This document shows positions 39,897 to 51,775 of a stretch of 64,000 nucleotides of DNA, in pieces. The position numbers and the translations under genes are program-made. How positions within the stretch are numbered: the stretch's first letter is position 1; every line of letters begins with the position of its first letter. Under the pieces are notes generated by a model. That model ran no database searches and had not been told where the DNA came from. It worked only from the letters and a program-made list of their open reading frames with translations. Source of the stretch: Macrostomum lignano (lineage: Eukaryota); assembly GCA_002269645.1 (NCBI GenBank), contig NIVC01002442.1:1-64000 (forward strand), written 5' to 3'.

Positions 39897-40718
39897 TCAG
39901 TCGGCAACCTTCCGAGCTCCGCTGGTCCTCTTGTAGGCATTCCTGTAGAAGTTGCCGAACAGCAGCATGAGGGAGATGCCGTAGATGACCACGGAGATGC
40001 TGTAGCCGCGGGGGAAGCCGCAGTTCTGCTGCATGATGTTCACGAAGGAGTGCACGCTGAACAGCAGGAACTGCAGCAGCTGCATCTGGGTGAGGTAGCG
40101 CTTCCACCAGAGGTACTTGCGCATGTGGGGGCCGAGCAGCGCCAGGAAGTAGTACAGGTACATGAACACGTGGACGCTGCTGTTGAGCAGGGCGCAGAAG
40201 AACGAGTGACCGCCGGGGACGTAGCGGGCGCCGCTCCACCACAGCAGGATCATGGTGGCGTGGTGGTAGATGTGCAGAAAGCTCAGCTGCTCGTTCTTCT
40301 TGCGCAGGACAATGAGCACGGTGTCCATGAGCTCGATGACCTTGGAGACGTAGAACCACCAGCACACGGAGGCCATGCGCATGGCCAGAGGCGAGTCCGA
40401 GTAGTCCACAGGGTCGCAGGCCAGGTTGTAGCCCGCCAGCCAGGCGGACCAGAAGAACTCGCGGGCCATGTACACGGACAGCAGCACCAGCACGAAGTTG
40501 TACACCAGCGCCACGCCGCGCAGGTTCATGGCCGGCCGGTCGCGCATCAGCCGAGGCCCGGCGATCACCCCGACGAGGTAGATCAGCCAGATGACCAGGA
40601 TGGTCTCGGGGCCGCCGCAGAGGAACCAGTCCTTGGTGCGCGGGTCCGCCATGTCGTCCAGCCACTGGCGGAACTGGCGGAAGGACTCAGCGATGCCGGC
40701 TGCCTGGGTGGAGGCCAT
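39897..40718 (-). CDS. ELOVL: Very-long-chain fatty acid elongase (ELOVL family), CDS without introns, 273 aa
   Basis: Motifs SKVIELMDT, SFLHIYHH (HxxHH), NSSVHVFMYLYY, TQMQLLQF, LFGNFY; multiple hydrophobic segments. Paralog identity not determined. Confidence 0.95.
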   Translation of the reverse strand: MASTQAAGIAESFRQFRQWLDDMADPRTKDWFLCGGPETILVIWLIYLVGVIAGPRLMRDRPAMNLRGVALVYNFVLVLLSVYMAREFFWSAWLAGYNLACDPVDYSDSPLAMRMASVCWWFYVSKVIELMDTVLIVLRKKNEQLSFLHIYHHATMILLWWSGARYVPGGHSFFCALLNSSVHVFMYLYYFLALLGPHMRKYLWWKRYLTQMQLLQFLLFSVHSFVNIMQQNCGFPRGYSISVVIYGISLMLLFGNFYRNAYKRTSGARKVAD

Positions 40719-40916
40719 TCTGCGGAAGGATGCGCGCTGGGGTGGGGAGGGCAGGGGGTGATGGGGCTGTGAGAAATCTGAGGTGAGGCGATGATGTTGG
40801 CTTAATTTGTGTCCATCGCACCGGGATCTCAGTTTAGTCTAGGGCGGAACTCAAAAATGTCTAAAATTAGCATAAATTACATGCACTGGCGATCTGGAAA
40901 TGGGCTAGCTTCGTGT

Positions 40917-41450
40917 AGATTAGCAATCCATTCTATTCTTACTCCGGTTGGCTAGATTAGCAATCCATTCTATTCTTACTCCAGTTGGCTAGATTAGCAA
41001 TCCATTCTATTCTTACTCCGGTTGGCTAGATTAGCAATCCATTCTATTCTTACTCCGGTTGGCTAGATTAGCAATCCATTCTATTCTTACTCCAGTTGGC
41101 TAGATTAGCAATCCATTCTATTCTTACTCCAGTTGGCTAGATTAGCAATCCATTCTATTCTTACTCCGGTTGGCTAGATTAGCAATCCATTCTATTCTTA
41201 CTCCGGTTGGCTAGATTAGCAATCCATTCTATTCTCACTCCAAGTTGGCTGGATTAGCAATCCATTCTATTCTTACTCCAGTTGGCTAGATTAGCAATCC
41301 ATTCTATTCTTACTCCAAGTTGGCTAGATTAGCAATCCATTCTATTCTCACTCCGGTTGGCTAGATTAGCAATCCATTCTATTCTTACTCCAAGTTGGCT
41401 AGATTAGCAATCCATTCTATTCTCACTCCAAGTTGGCTGGATTAGCAATC
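40917..41450. repeat. 37-bp minisatellite upstream of ELOVL, about 14 copies
   Basis: Unit GATTAGCAATCCATTCTATTCTTACTCCGGTTGGCTA. Confidence 0.96.
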
Positions 41451-42689
41451 CAACAGAAGTGGTCCTGAGCACACTGCCAAAGGCTAATAATGAAATGGAA
41501 TACAGCTAAAACGCGGACTCACTCAGACGGAAGATTCGAGATGCAGCTGGGCTGATGGTGGGTTCAGTCAGTCGGCAGTTGAGTTCGAGTCCGCAAACTT
41601 TTCAGTCAGACAGCCGGGCGAGCAGAGCAGAGAAAGTCCGACCCGCCGCCCGGCCCCATTTTGTACCCGGGGGTGAGAAAAGGCCTTTGGATCCGATAAC
41701 GCTTTCACGCTGCGCCGGAGAACACGTGACGGCATCCGCCGCAAGCAGTCCAGAGTGCAATGCGAGCTGGTTGCACTGAGCCAAAGTTCAGTGTTCCGCA
41801 GGCCGCAGCACTCCTGAGTAGGGACTCGGGCATTTTAAAAAACTGCTGCCCTTCTTATCAGCGCCTGGCCAGAGGGCAGAATTTCTGGGCTCCGGTTGAA
41901 GGCTGGCATGGAAGCAGTTGGTTTCAGCTGGAATCCATTGCGTCACGTTTAAAAAGTAAACTGCGGAGCCTGCGGACTTTCCTGAGGCAACTGCCAAATT
42001 CATTGTGAGTGTGCTGTAGTCTAAGCAAGCTAGCTTATTCTTTTTGGTTGGAGCAGAATTAAAACTGATTTCTAAAAGGGTAATACTTGAGTTAGATTCC
42101 ATTAGCCTATACCTAATATCCTCAAATTTCTAAATCCTCAAACCTTTTAAAAGCTTATTGACTTAATAAGTTTTATTTGGCTCTTTAAATTGGTAGTCTT
42201 AGTTTTCTTCTTGAAGCTCTTTAGAAAATATTCTTAGTCTAAATAAGGATTTTGGCTCTTGGGTCATAAGGAGCTCTTGTTCATTAATTTTTGTATTAAA
42301 ATAGCACATGATAGGATTAATCTTTTTGTCAATATTGATACTTCCTATTATATCATAGTATGAGCTAGATATGAATATATGAACTATAACTATGAACTTG
42401 ATTGCTTTGTGTATTATTTGGTTATTAGTCACTCAAAATATATGCTCATCACTGCTCAATAGTCAATATTCGAGTAAGAAATTAAACTTTTTATCCAAGA
42501 TTTCTATGCATTAATTTTTATTCAATACATGTTCAGTAATTTAACAGGCGTGTACAGTAATACCAATATAGCCATGTAAGAAAATATTGTAATAATCTAG
42601 CTCTACCTGCCTCTTTCTTGTTTGTGTCCTATATGCTCAGAAATTACAACGACCAGATCTGCAATCCTCTTCTTCAGATTCGGGCGCTC

Positions 42690-43010
42690 TGGGGCAGTCA
42701 GCCATGTCACTGGGGCTCAGACGACGCCCGCCTTTCTGAGGAAGTCCAGCACAGCAGAATAATTGGCGACCACCGCCGTGGGCTCCGGGCATGGGCCCCT
42801 AGAGGCGGCAGCGGTGGGACGTCAGGGCGGGACAGCTGGTCAGCAAGGACGGCCATCGCCTCGTCCTCGCCACAGAAGCGGCAAGCGGGCGCGGCATTGA
42901 CGCCGATGGCAGCCTGGAAGCCCCGCAGCGCCGGGCGGCGGTCGGGGCAGTTGGAAAATCAGCCGCTTCTGCCGCTGATCTCGCGAATACTCCCAATCAC
43001 TGGACGGCAA
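42690..43010 (-). mobile_element. 3' end of a 5'-truncated non-LTR retrotransposon (I/R1/Loa-like ORF2 C-terminus)
   Basis: GC-rich island reading RLIFQL..LRGFQAAIGVNAAPACRFCGEDE and NYSAVLDFLRKAGVV* (stop about 42717), with a short GAAGAAGAG downstream; resembles a CCHC-knuckle ORF2 end. Confidence 0.6.
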
Positions 43011-43469
43011 GTAGAATAGTGTGCGAACACAGCATACTCTTGCTATTGCAGTCGCTCCAACTTGCCTCGTACCTGGCACAACTTACTCGTATTTTTGTTT
43101 GTACATATTTACTGCCAGTTTTTCTTTCTGATACTTAATACTGTCGGTAAAAGTAAGTTTCAAAGGCTAGTGGGACAGGTAGGTGCTGCTATCACACGCA
43201 GATTATTCCCCAAACCTGTACATTTTGACTTGCTGATGTCTGTCCCGTCCGCTTCTGAACAGGCTGGTAGGCATTGCACAGTAGTTCTTATTTTACACCC
43301 AGTTTCTTGTATTTTATTGCACTAATTCTCCACGGTTCCACTGCACAGCTTTATTTTTGCGATCTTATTCTCTTATTATATATGATTGCTGTCTTTTAAT
43401 TTACCGTCTTCTATATAAATAATTGTTCATTTTGCTTGAATACGCTTTAAGTTGCCTTTATTGGCATTA

Positions 43470-43737
43470 ATGACATTTAACGCCCTATTGTCTATTTCAA
43501 ACTTACTTTAATGCAAATTAGCGGGCAGTTAATGTCATTAACTTCCCGCTAATTTTGATCCACTTTGTCAAGGACACAAATGTCTATGGCACAATAATAG
43601 TAATACCGATACTCCTTAAAGCATGGGTATTAATGTACTATTAACTGCCCGCTAATTTGCATTGAAGTAAGTTTGAAATAGACAATAGGGCGTTAAATAT
43701 CATTAACTGCCCGCTAATTTGCATTAAAGTAAGTTTG
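43470..43737. repeat. 64-bp inverted repeat with a spacer of about 105 bp and a partial third arm
   Basis: 43470-43533 is the near-perfect reverse complement of 43640-43703. Confidence 0.92.
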
Positions 43738-43759
43738 ACTCCTGCAAGCGGGCTTAAAT

Positions 43760-44770
43760 GTAGTCTATGGCATTAAAAGGCAAGAATATATAAATCCTTC
43801 AGGCTTTCTAGGGCGGAAAAGAGGAGAATCCGAGGGCCGCGAAGCGGCACGAGGATTTCCGACTTTTTGCCCTAGATAACCTGCTGGATTTGTATTCCTT
43901 CTTGATTTTGCGGGCGGGCCGAGAAACGACATTCTTCGGCCCGCGAGTCAAACTGCATTTGCTTCAGTCTAAGTTCAGTGCAAGTCCTGATTCTCGGCCC
44001 GCAAGAAAATGGAATTTGTCTATGGCACAAAATGCAAACTGTATTTCATTTTACATCAGCTGAGCCTAAAAGAGCGACTGACAAAGTAATACGCTCGTAA
44101 TTAGTCTAACTTTTTATTAAAACTGAATTTCATTAACTCCTGACCCGAGCGTTCTGAGAACATGATAGACTACTCCTGTATAGAAGGAGGCGAGATTTCT
44201 GGGTTGCAGCGCGAAGAAATCGACTTTGTATGCCAACTCCGTGGCCGTGGGCGAATGTTCAATCAGTACACTGGCTTGCCTGTGCCTGGATTGGAGTCAG
44301 CAAGGCGCTCGACAACGGCCTGTTGGATGATCTAGTAAACGATCTTTCTGCTGAAGCGAGCAGCGACAATCAACTCCGGGAGCTAACAAGTGATGAAGTG
44401 AGCGCCATTTTGGATGTGGAGAATGCCTCACGCGTCGTCTCTACCGAAGCAAAAACAAGACAGTGTGTGGAGTAATTCAATAAGTTTTTGCGCACCGAGA
44501 ATCTTCCTGAATCCCGTGTTCTATTTTTCCTATAAGTGAGTACCTCTGAACGCCATGTACTGTAAAGACGGCGTGGGTTGCACCACAAGACTATATTAAA
44601 TCGTTACTGTTGTCCTCTTTGTAATGTTGCACTTTTAACGTTTTAAATACAATCGTTTCGGCTTCGTCTATGGCCCAGCCCGATATCGGGCAGAGAATGG
44701 GCCATTTCTTAAGCAGTCTTGCCCGCAAAATCAAGCAAGAATAAGTGCCCAGCGGGCACAAAGGTCATGG
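43760..44770. mobile_element. Putative non-autonomous Crypton-like element remnant
   Basis: Subterminal inverted motif TATTCCTTCTTGATTTTGCGGG / CCCGCAAAATCAAGCAAGAATA; GGCCGCGAAGCGGC palindromes; ORF remnant ELTSDEVSAILD..EAKTRQCVE*FNKFL recalls Crypton N-termini (from memory). Confidence 0.4.
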
Positions 44771-45230
44771 TACAATATAAAATTCATTGTTTAGCTTTAA
44801 TGCCACGCATTGTTTATGGCCTATGTGAGATTGTTAAATGATATGGCAGAGACTTATTGCATTATATTTGCCCAATTGTTTTTAATGAGGATGAATGGCT
44901 TTGTTGATATATTAATATAATTAAAATACGATTTGAATCAGCAATTATAGACAAAAACATGCATGATTCATAATTGAAAGTAATGGGACAAAAACATGCA
45001 TGAATAATCCATGCTTATGTGCCTACAAGCACATTGATGAATCATGCGTGACCATGCAGACTACATGTATAAAGCATGCATGATTTTTGAAACACACGGA
45101 TAGCACATGGATACCCATGCATGTGACATCATGCATGTAACACGCATGATATCATGCATGATCATCGATGAAACATGCATGCTTTTTGCATAGGGATCAT
45201 GCATGATTTATCCATGATCGAAGGCTTTGG

Positions 45231-48200
45231 GTAGTCTCCCCTCATGACAGCACCAGTCTGACACAGATGCTGTAGTCTCCCCTCATGACAGCACCAGTCT
45301 GACACAGATGCTGTAGTCTCCCCTCATGACAGCACCAGTCATGACACAGATGCTGTAGTCTCCCCTCATGACAGCACCAGTCTGACACAGATGCTGTAGT
45401 CTCCCCTCATGACAGCACCAGTCTGACACAGATGCTGTAGTCTCCCCTCATGACAGCACCAGTCAGGACACAGATGCTGTAGTCTCCCCTCATGACAGCA
45501 CCAGTCAGGACACAGATGCTGTAGTCTCCCCTCATGACAGCACCAGTCAGGACACAGATGCTGTAGTCTCCCCTCATGACAGCACCAGTCAGGACACAGA
45601 TGCTGTAGTCTCCCCTCATGACAGCACCAGTCAGGACACAGATGCTGTAGTCTCCCCTCATGACAGCACCAGTCAGGACACAGATGCTGTAGTCTCCCCT
45701 CATGACAGCACCAGTCAGGACACAGATGCTGTAGTCTCCCCTCATGACAGCACCAGTCAGGACACAGATGCTGTAGTCTCCCCTCATGACAGCACCAGTC
45801 AGGACACAGATGCTGTAGTCTCCCCTCATGACAGCACCAGTCAGGACACAGATGCTGTAGTCTCCCCTCATGACAGCACCAGTCAGGACACAGATGCTGT
45901 AGTCTCCCCTCATGACAGCACCAGTCAGGACACAGATGCTGTAGTCTCCCCTCATGACAGCACCAGTCAGGACACAGATGCTGTAGTCTCCCCTCATGAC
46001 AGCACCAGTCAGGACACAGATGCTGTAGTCTCCCCTCATGACAGCACCAGTCAGGACACAGATGCTGTAGTCTCCCCTCATGACAGCACCAGTCAGGACA
46101 CAGATGCTGTAGTCTCCCCTCATGACAGCACCAGTCAGGACACAGATGCTGTAGTCTCCCCTCATGACAGCACCAGTCAGGACACAGATGCTGTAGTCTC
46201 CCCTCATGACAGCACCAGTCAGGACACAGATGCTGTAGTCTCCCCTCATGACAGCACCAGTCAGGACACAGATGCTGTAGTCTCCCCTCATGACAGCACC
46301 AGTCAGGACACAGATGCTGTAGTCTCCCCTCATGACAGCACCAGTCAGGACACAGATGCTGTAGTCTCCCCTCATGACAGCACCAGTCAGGACACAGATG
46401 CTGTAGTCTCCCCTCATGACAGCACCAGTCAGGACACAGATGCTGTAGTCTCCCCTCATGACAGCACCAGTCAGGACACAGATGCTGTAGTCTCCCCTCA
46501 TGACAGCACCAGTCAGGACACAGATGCTGTAGTCTCCCCTCATGACAGCACCAGTCAGGACACAGATGCTGTAGTCTCCCCTCATGACAGCACCAGTCAG
46601 GACACAGATGCTGTAGTCTCCCCTCATGACAGCACCAGTCAGGACACAGATGCTGTAGTCTCCCCTCATGACAGCACCAGTCAGGACACAGATGCTGTAG
46701 TCTCCCCTCATGACAGCACCAGTCAGGACACAGATGCTGTAGTCTCCCCTCATGACAGCACCAGTCAGGACACAGATGCTGTAGTCTCCCCTCATGACAG
46801 CACCAGTCAGGACACAGATGCTGTAGTCTCCCCTCATGACAGCACCAGTCAGGACACAGATGCTGTAGTCTCCCCTCATGACAGCACCAGTCAGGACACA
46901 GATGCTGTAGTCTCCCCTCATGACAGCACCAGTCAGGACACAGATGCTGTAGTCTCCCCTCATGACAGCACCAGTCAGGACACAGATGCTGTAGTCTCCC
47001 CTCATGACAGCACCAGTCAGGACACAGATGCTGTAGTCTCCCCTCATGACAGCACCAGTCAGGACACAGATGCTGTAGTCTCCCCTCATGACAGCACCAG
47101 TCAGGACACAGATGCTGTAGTCTCCCCTCATGACAGCACCAGTCAGGACACAGATGCTGTAGTCTCCCCTCATGACAGCACCAGTCAGGACACAGATGCT
47201 GTAGTCTCCCCTCATGACAGCACCAGTCAGGACACAGATGCTGTAGTCTCCCCTCATGACAGCACCAGTCAGGACACAGATGCTGTAGTCTCCCCTCATG
47301 ACAGCACCAGTCAGGACACAGATGCTGTAGTCTCCCCTCATGACAGCACCAGTCAGGACACAGATGCTGTAGTCTCCCCTCATGACAGCACCAGTCAGGA
47401 CACAGATGCTGTAGTCTCCCCTCATGACAGCACCAGTCAGGACACAGATGCTGTAGTCTCCCCTCATGACAGCACCAGTCAGGACACAGATGCTGTAGTC
47501 TCCCCTCATGACAGCACCAGTCAGGACACAGATGCTGTAGTCTCCCCTCATGACAGCACCAGTCAGGACACAGATGCTGTAGTCTCCCCTCATGACAGCA
47601 CCAGTCAGGACACAGATGCTGTAGTCTCCCCTCATGACAGCACCAGTCAGGACACAGATGCTGTAGTCTCCCCTCATGACAGCACCAGTCAGGACACAGA
47701 TGCTGTAGTCTCCCCTCATGACAGCACCAGTCAGGACACAGATGCTGTAGTCTCCCCTCATGACAGCACCAGTCAGGACACAGATGCTGTAGTCTCCCCT
47801 CATGACAGCACCAGTCAGGACACAGATGCTGTAGTCTCCCCTCATGACAGCACCAGTCAGGACACAGATGCTGTAGTCTCCCCTCATGACAGCACCAGTC
47901 AGGACACAGATGCTGTAGTCTCCCCTCATGACAGCACCAGTCAGGACACAGATGCTGTAGTCTCCCCTCATGACAGCACCAGTCAGGACACAGATGCTGT
48001 AGTCTCCCCTCATGACAGCACCAGTCAGGACACAGATGCTGTAGTCTCCCCTCATGACAGCACCAGTCAGGACACAGATGCTGTAGTCTCCCCTCATGAC
48101 AGCACCAGTCAGGACACAGATGCTGTAGTCTCCCCTCATGACAGCACCAGTCAGGACACAGATGCTGTAGTCTCCCCTCATGACAGCACCAGTCAGGACA

Positions 48201-49680
48201 CAGATGCTGTAGTCTCCCCTCATGACAGCACCAGTCAGGACACAGATGCTGTAGTCTCCCCTCATGACAGCACCAGTCAGGACACAGATGCTGTAGTCTC
48301 CCCTCATGACAGCACCAGTCAGGACACAGATGCTGTAGTCTCCCCTCATGACAGCACCAGTCAGGACACAGATGCTGTAGTCTCCCCTCATGACAGCACC
48401 AGTCAGGACACAGATGCTGTAGTCTCCCCTCATGACAGCACCAGTCAGGACACAGATGCTGTAGTCTCCCCTCATGACAGCACCAGTCAGGACACAGATG
48501 CTGTAGTCTCCCCTCATGACAGCACCAGTCAGGACACAGATGCTGTAGTCTCCCCTCATGACAGCACCAGTCAGGACACAGATGCTGTAGTCTCCCCTCA
48601 TGACAGCACCAGTCAGGACACAGATGCTGTAGTCTCCCCTCATGACAGCACCAGTCAGGACACAGATGCTGTAGTCTCCCCTCATGACAGCACCAGTCAG
48701 GACACAGATGCTGTAGTCTCCCCTCATGACAGCACCAGTCAGGACACAGATGCTGTAGTCTCCCCTCATGACAGCACCAGTCAGGACACAGATGCTGTAG
48801 TCTCCCCTCATGACAGCACCAGTCAGGACACAGATGCTGTAGTCTCCCCTCATGACAGCACCAGTCAGGACACAGATGCTGTAGTCTCCCCTCATGACAG
48901 CACCAGTCAGGACACAGATGCTGTAGTCTCCCCTCATGACAGCACCAGTCAGGACACAGATGCTGTAGTCTCCCCTCATGACAGCACCAGTCAGGACACA
49001 GATGCTGTAGTCTCCCCTCATGACAGCACCAGTCAGGACACAGATGCTGTAGTCTCCCCTCATGACAGCACCAGTCAGGACACAGATGCTGTAGTCTCCC
49101 CTCATGACAGCACCAGTCTGACACAGATGCTGTAGTCTCCCCTCATGACAGCACCAGTCTGACACAGATGCTGTAGTCTCCCCTCATGACAGCACCAGTC
49201 TGACACAGATGCTGTAGTCTCCCCTCATGACAGCACCAGTCATGACACAGATGCTGTAGTCTCCCCTCATGACAGCACCAGTCAGGACACAGATGCTGTA
49301 GTCTCCCCTCATGACAGCACCAGTCATGACACAGATGCTGTAGTCTCCCCTCATGACAGCACCAGTCAGGACACAGATGCTGTAGTCTCCCCTCATGACA
49401 GCACCAGTCAGGACACAGATGCTGTAGTCTCCCCTCATGACAGCACCAGTCAGGACACAGATGCTGTAGTCTCCCCTCATGACAGCACCAGTCAGGACAC
49501 AGATGCTGTAGTCTCCCCTCATGACAGCACCAGTCAGGACACAGATGCTGTAGTCTCCCCTCATGACAGCACCAGTCAGGACACAGATGCTGTAGTCTCC
49601 CCTCATGACAGCACCAGTCAGGACACAGATGCTGTAGTCTCCCCTCATGACAGCACCAGTCAGGACACAGATGCTGTAGT
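45231..49680. repeat. 42-bp tandem satellite, about 106 copies (4.45 kb)
   Basis: Unit GTAGTCTCCCCTCATGACAGCACCAGTCAGGACACAGATGCT; invariant centre, variants only near both ends. Confidence 0.99.
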
Positions 49681-50253
49681 CAGCACAGCGTGAAACAAAG
49701 GAACAAAAAACTAATATTCAAGTAAAGAAGTGCTCACCACAGGTGAAAATACTCGAACTAGCATGCAAAACCGATCCCGAGGTGCCAGTATAGTTGACAT
49801 ACCCAGTGAAAGAACAGAGCAAACTTTGTCTGAAGCAAAGTCAAGCGTTATGGTTTGATAAAGTGCAAATTTCAACCAATAAGCCCAATTCCCCCGCTTG
49901 GAACCAAATTTAATAAGAAAATCCTTGGAGCACTACTGATTGAGTAAAAAGCAAGGAAATTTTGGCCTAAATGAAAATGGTGGCACTGGCTGCAGTTTTG
50001 AGACCATAAGGCTGCTGATTGACAAAAACACACTGAGATCAGAAGCTGACAACAAAAATTATTGACTAGAAAATAAATAAACAGAACGTGTAGAGAAACA
50101 ATAACATGTTCGTTGGTTGCTACTTATAGAAAAAACAAACAGAATGAAGTAGCATAGTCGGATTATGAAAGGATAATTTTTAATAATCAACAATTTTTAA
50201 TAGTGCTAAACGAGCCTAAAAAGTTGAGAACGGCAGCTTGAGTCCCCGACTCC

Positions 50254-51472
50254 TCAGAGCAGCCGATACACCCGGAAGGTCCGGTTCTCCAGCACCAGCT
50301 GAAACAGCCTGGCGTACGGATTCTCCTCGGGTGACGCTCCGTGCGAGCGCCGAATTTCATGGCAAAATCGGGGCGCCGAACTGCGCCGGAGACCCGGCGG
50401 CGCCTGCGGCTGGCGCGCCTGCAGATCCGTCAGCTCGCCGTTCAGGTTGTCCACCAGCTCCGTGGTGCCGCAGCCGTTGCCGGGCCGCAGGCAGATCGAG
50501 TCCTCCAGGATGATGAAGTCCGAGCCGTGCGAGCGCAGAATCCGGTGCACCTCGTGGGGCGGCTTCCGACCGTAGATTTGGTACAGCTGTGGAGTGGCGG
50601 GTGATTGGTACAGCTGTGGGGTGGCGGGTGATTGGTACAGCTGTGGGGTGGCGGGTGATTGGTACAGCTGTGGGGTGGCGGGTGATTGGTACAGCTGTGG
50701 GTGGCGGGTGATTGGTACAGCTGTGGGGTGGCGGGTGATTGGTACAGCTGTGGGGTGGCGGGTGATTGGTACAGCTGTGGGGTGGCGGGTGATTGGTACA
50801 CTTGTGGGGTGGTGGGTGATTGGTACACTTGTGGGGTGGTGGGTGATTGGTACACTTGTGGGGTGGTGGGTGATTGGTACAGCTGTGGGGTGGCGGGTGA
50901 TTGGTACAGCTGTGGGGTGGCGGGTGATTGGTACACTTGTGGGGTGGCGGGTGATTGGTACAGCTGTGGGGTGGTGGGTGATTGGTACAGCTGTGGGGTG
51001 GCGGGTGATTGGTACAGCTGTGGGGTGGCGGGTGATTGGTACAGCTGTGGGGTGGTGGGTGATTGGTACAGCTGTGGGGTGGTGGGTGATTGGTACAGCT
51101 GTGGGGAGGTCCTGGGTTCGCTCACCTGTCTGGTTTTCTCCCGCAGCGCGCGGTCCTCGTAGTGCGGGTGGTTGGTGATCCGCCGGCCCGTGCAGCACTT
51201 CACCCCGGCCAGCAGCTGCATGCTGCCCGTGAAGGCGGCGTCCGGCGGGGTGGCCGAGCTGATCCACTCCATCAGCTGCACCGTGTCCGGGTCCCAGAAC
51301 TCGCGCAGGTTCTGCCAGACCGCCTGGTTGTCCCGATAGCACTGGGAGAGCCCGTTTGGGTTTAGGGACAGCTGAGTGCGGCGGAACTTGAATAGCAGAG
51401 ACACAGACAGACAGACAGGCAGGCAGACAGACAGACAGACAGACAGGCAAGCAGACAGGCAGACAGACAGGC

Positions 51473-51521
<49 letters not shown>

Positions 51522-51524
51522 GGC

Positions 51525-51557
<33 letters not shown>

Positions 51558-51647
51558 GGCAGACAGACAGACAGACAGACAGGCAGACAGACAGACAGAC
51601 AGACAGACAGGCAGGCAGACAGGCAGACAGACAGACAGACAGACAGG

Positions 51648-51679
<32 letters not shown>

Positions 51680-51743
51680 CAGACAGACAGGCAGGCAGAC
51701 AGGCAGGCAGACAGGCAGACAGACAGACAGACAGACAGACAGG

Positions 51744-51775
<32 letters not shown>

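Noticed and set aside
39772-40772. Long overlapping antisense or alternative-frame ORFs over ELOVL (likewise over ABCA NBDs, ePHD, PAN and DPY19 exons)
   Set aside because: Expected by-product of high-GC3 coding sequence, which depletes stops in other frames.
45366-49165. Two 1252-aa ORFs
   Set aside because: Translations of a 42-bp satellite that lacks stops in two frames; no unique domain, splice context or codon-level divergence.
45231-49680. CRISPR-like array (also considered for the 33, 37, 45 and 48-bp arrays)
   Set aside because: Units are head-to-tail with no unique spacers, there are no cas genes, and the context is eukaryotic.
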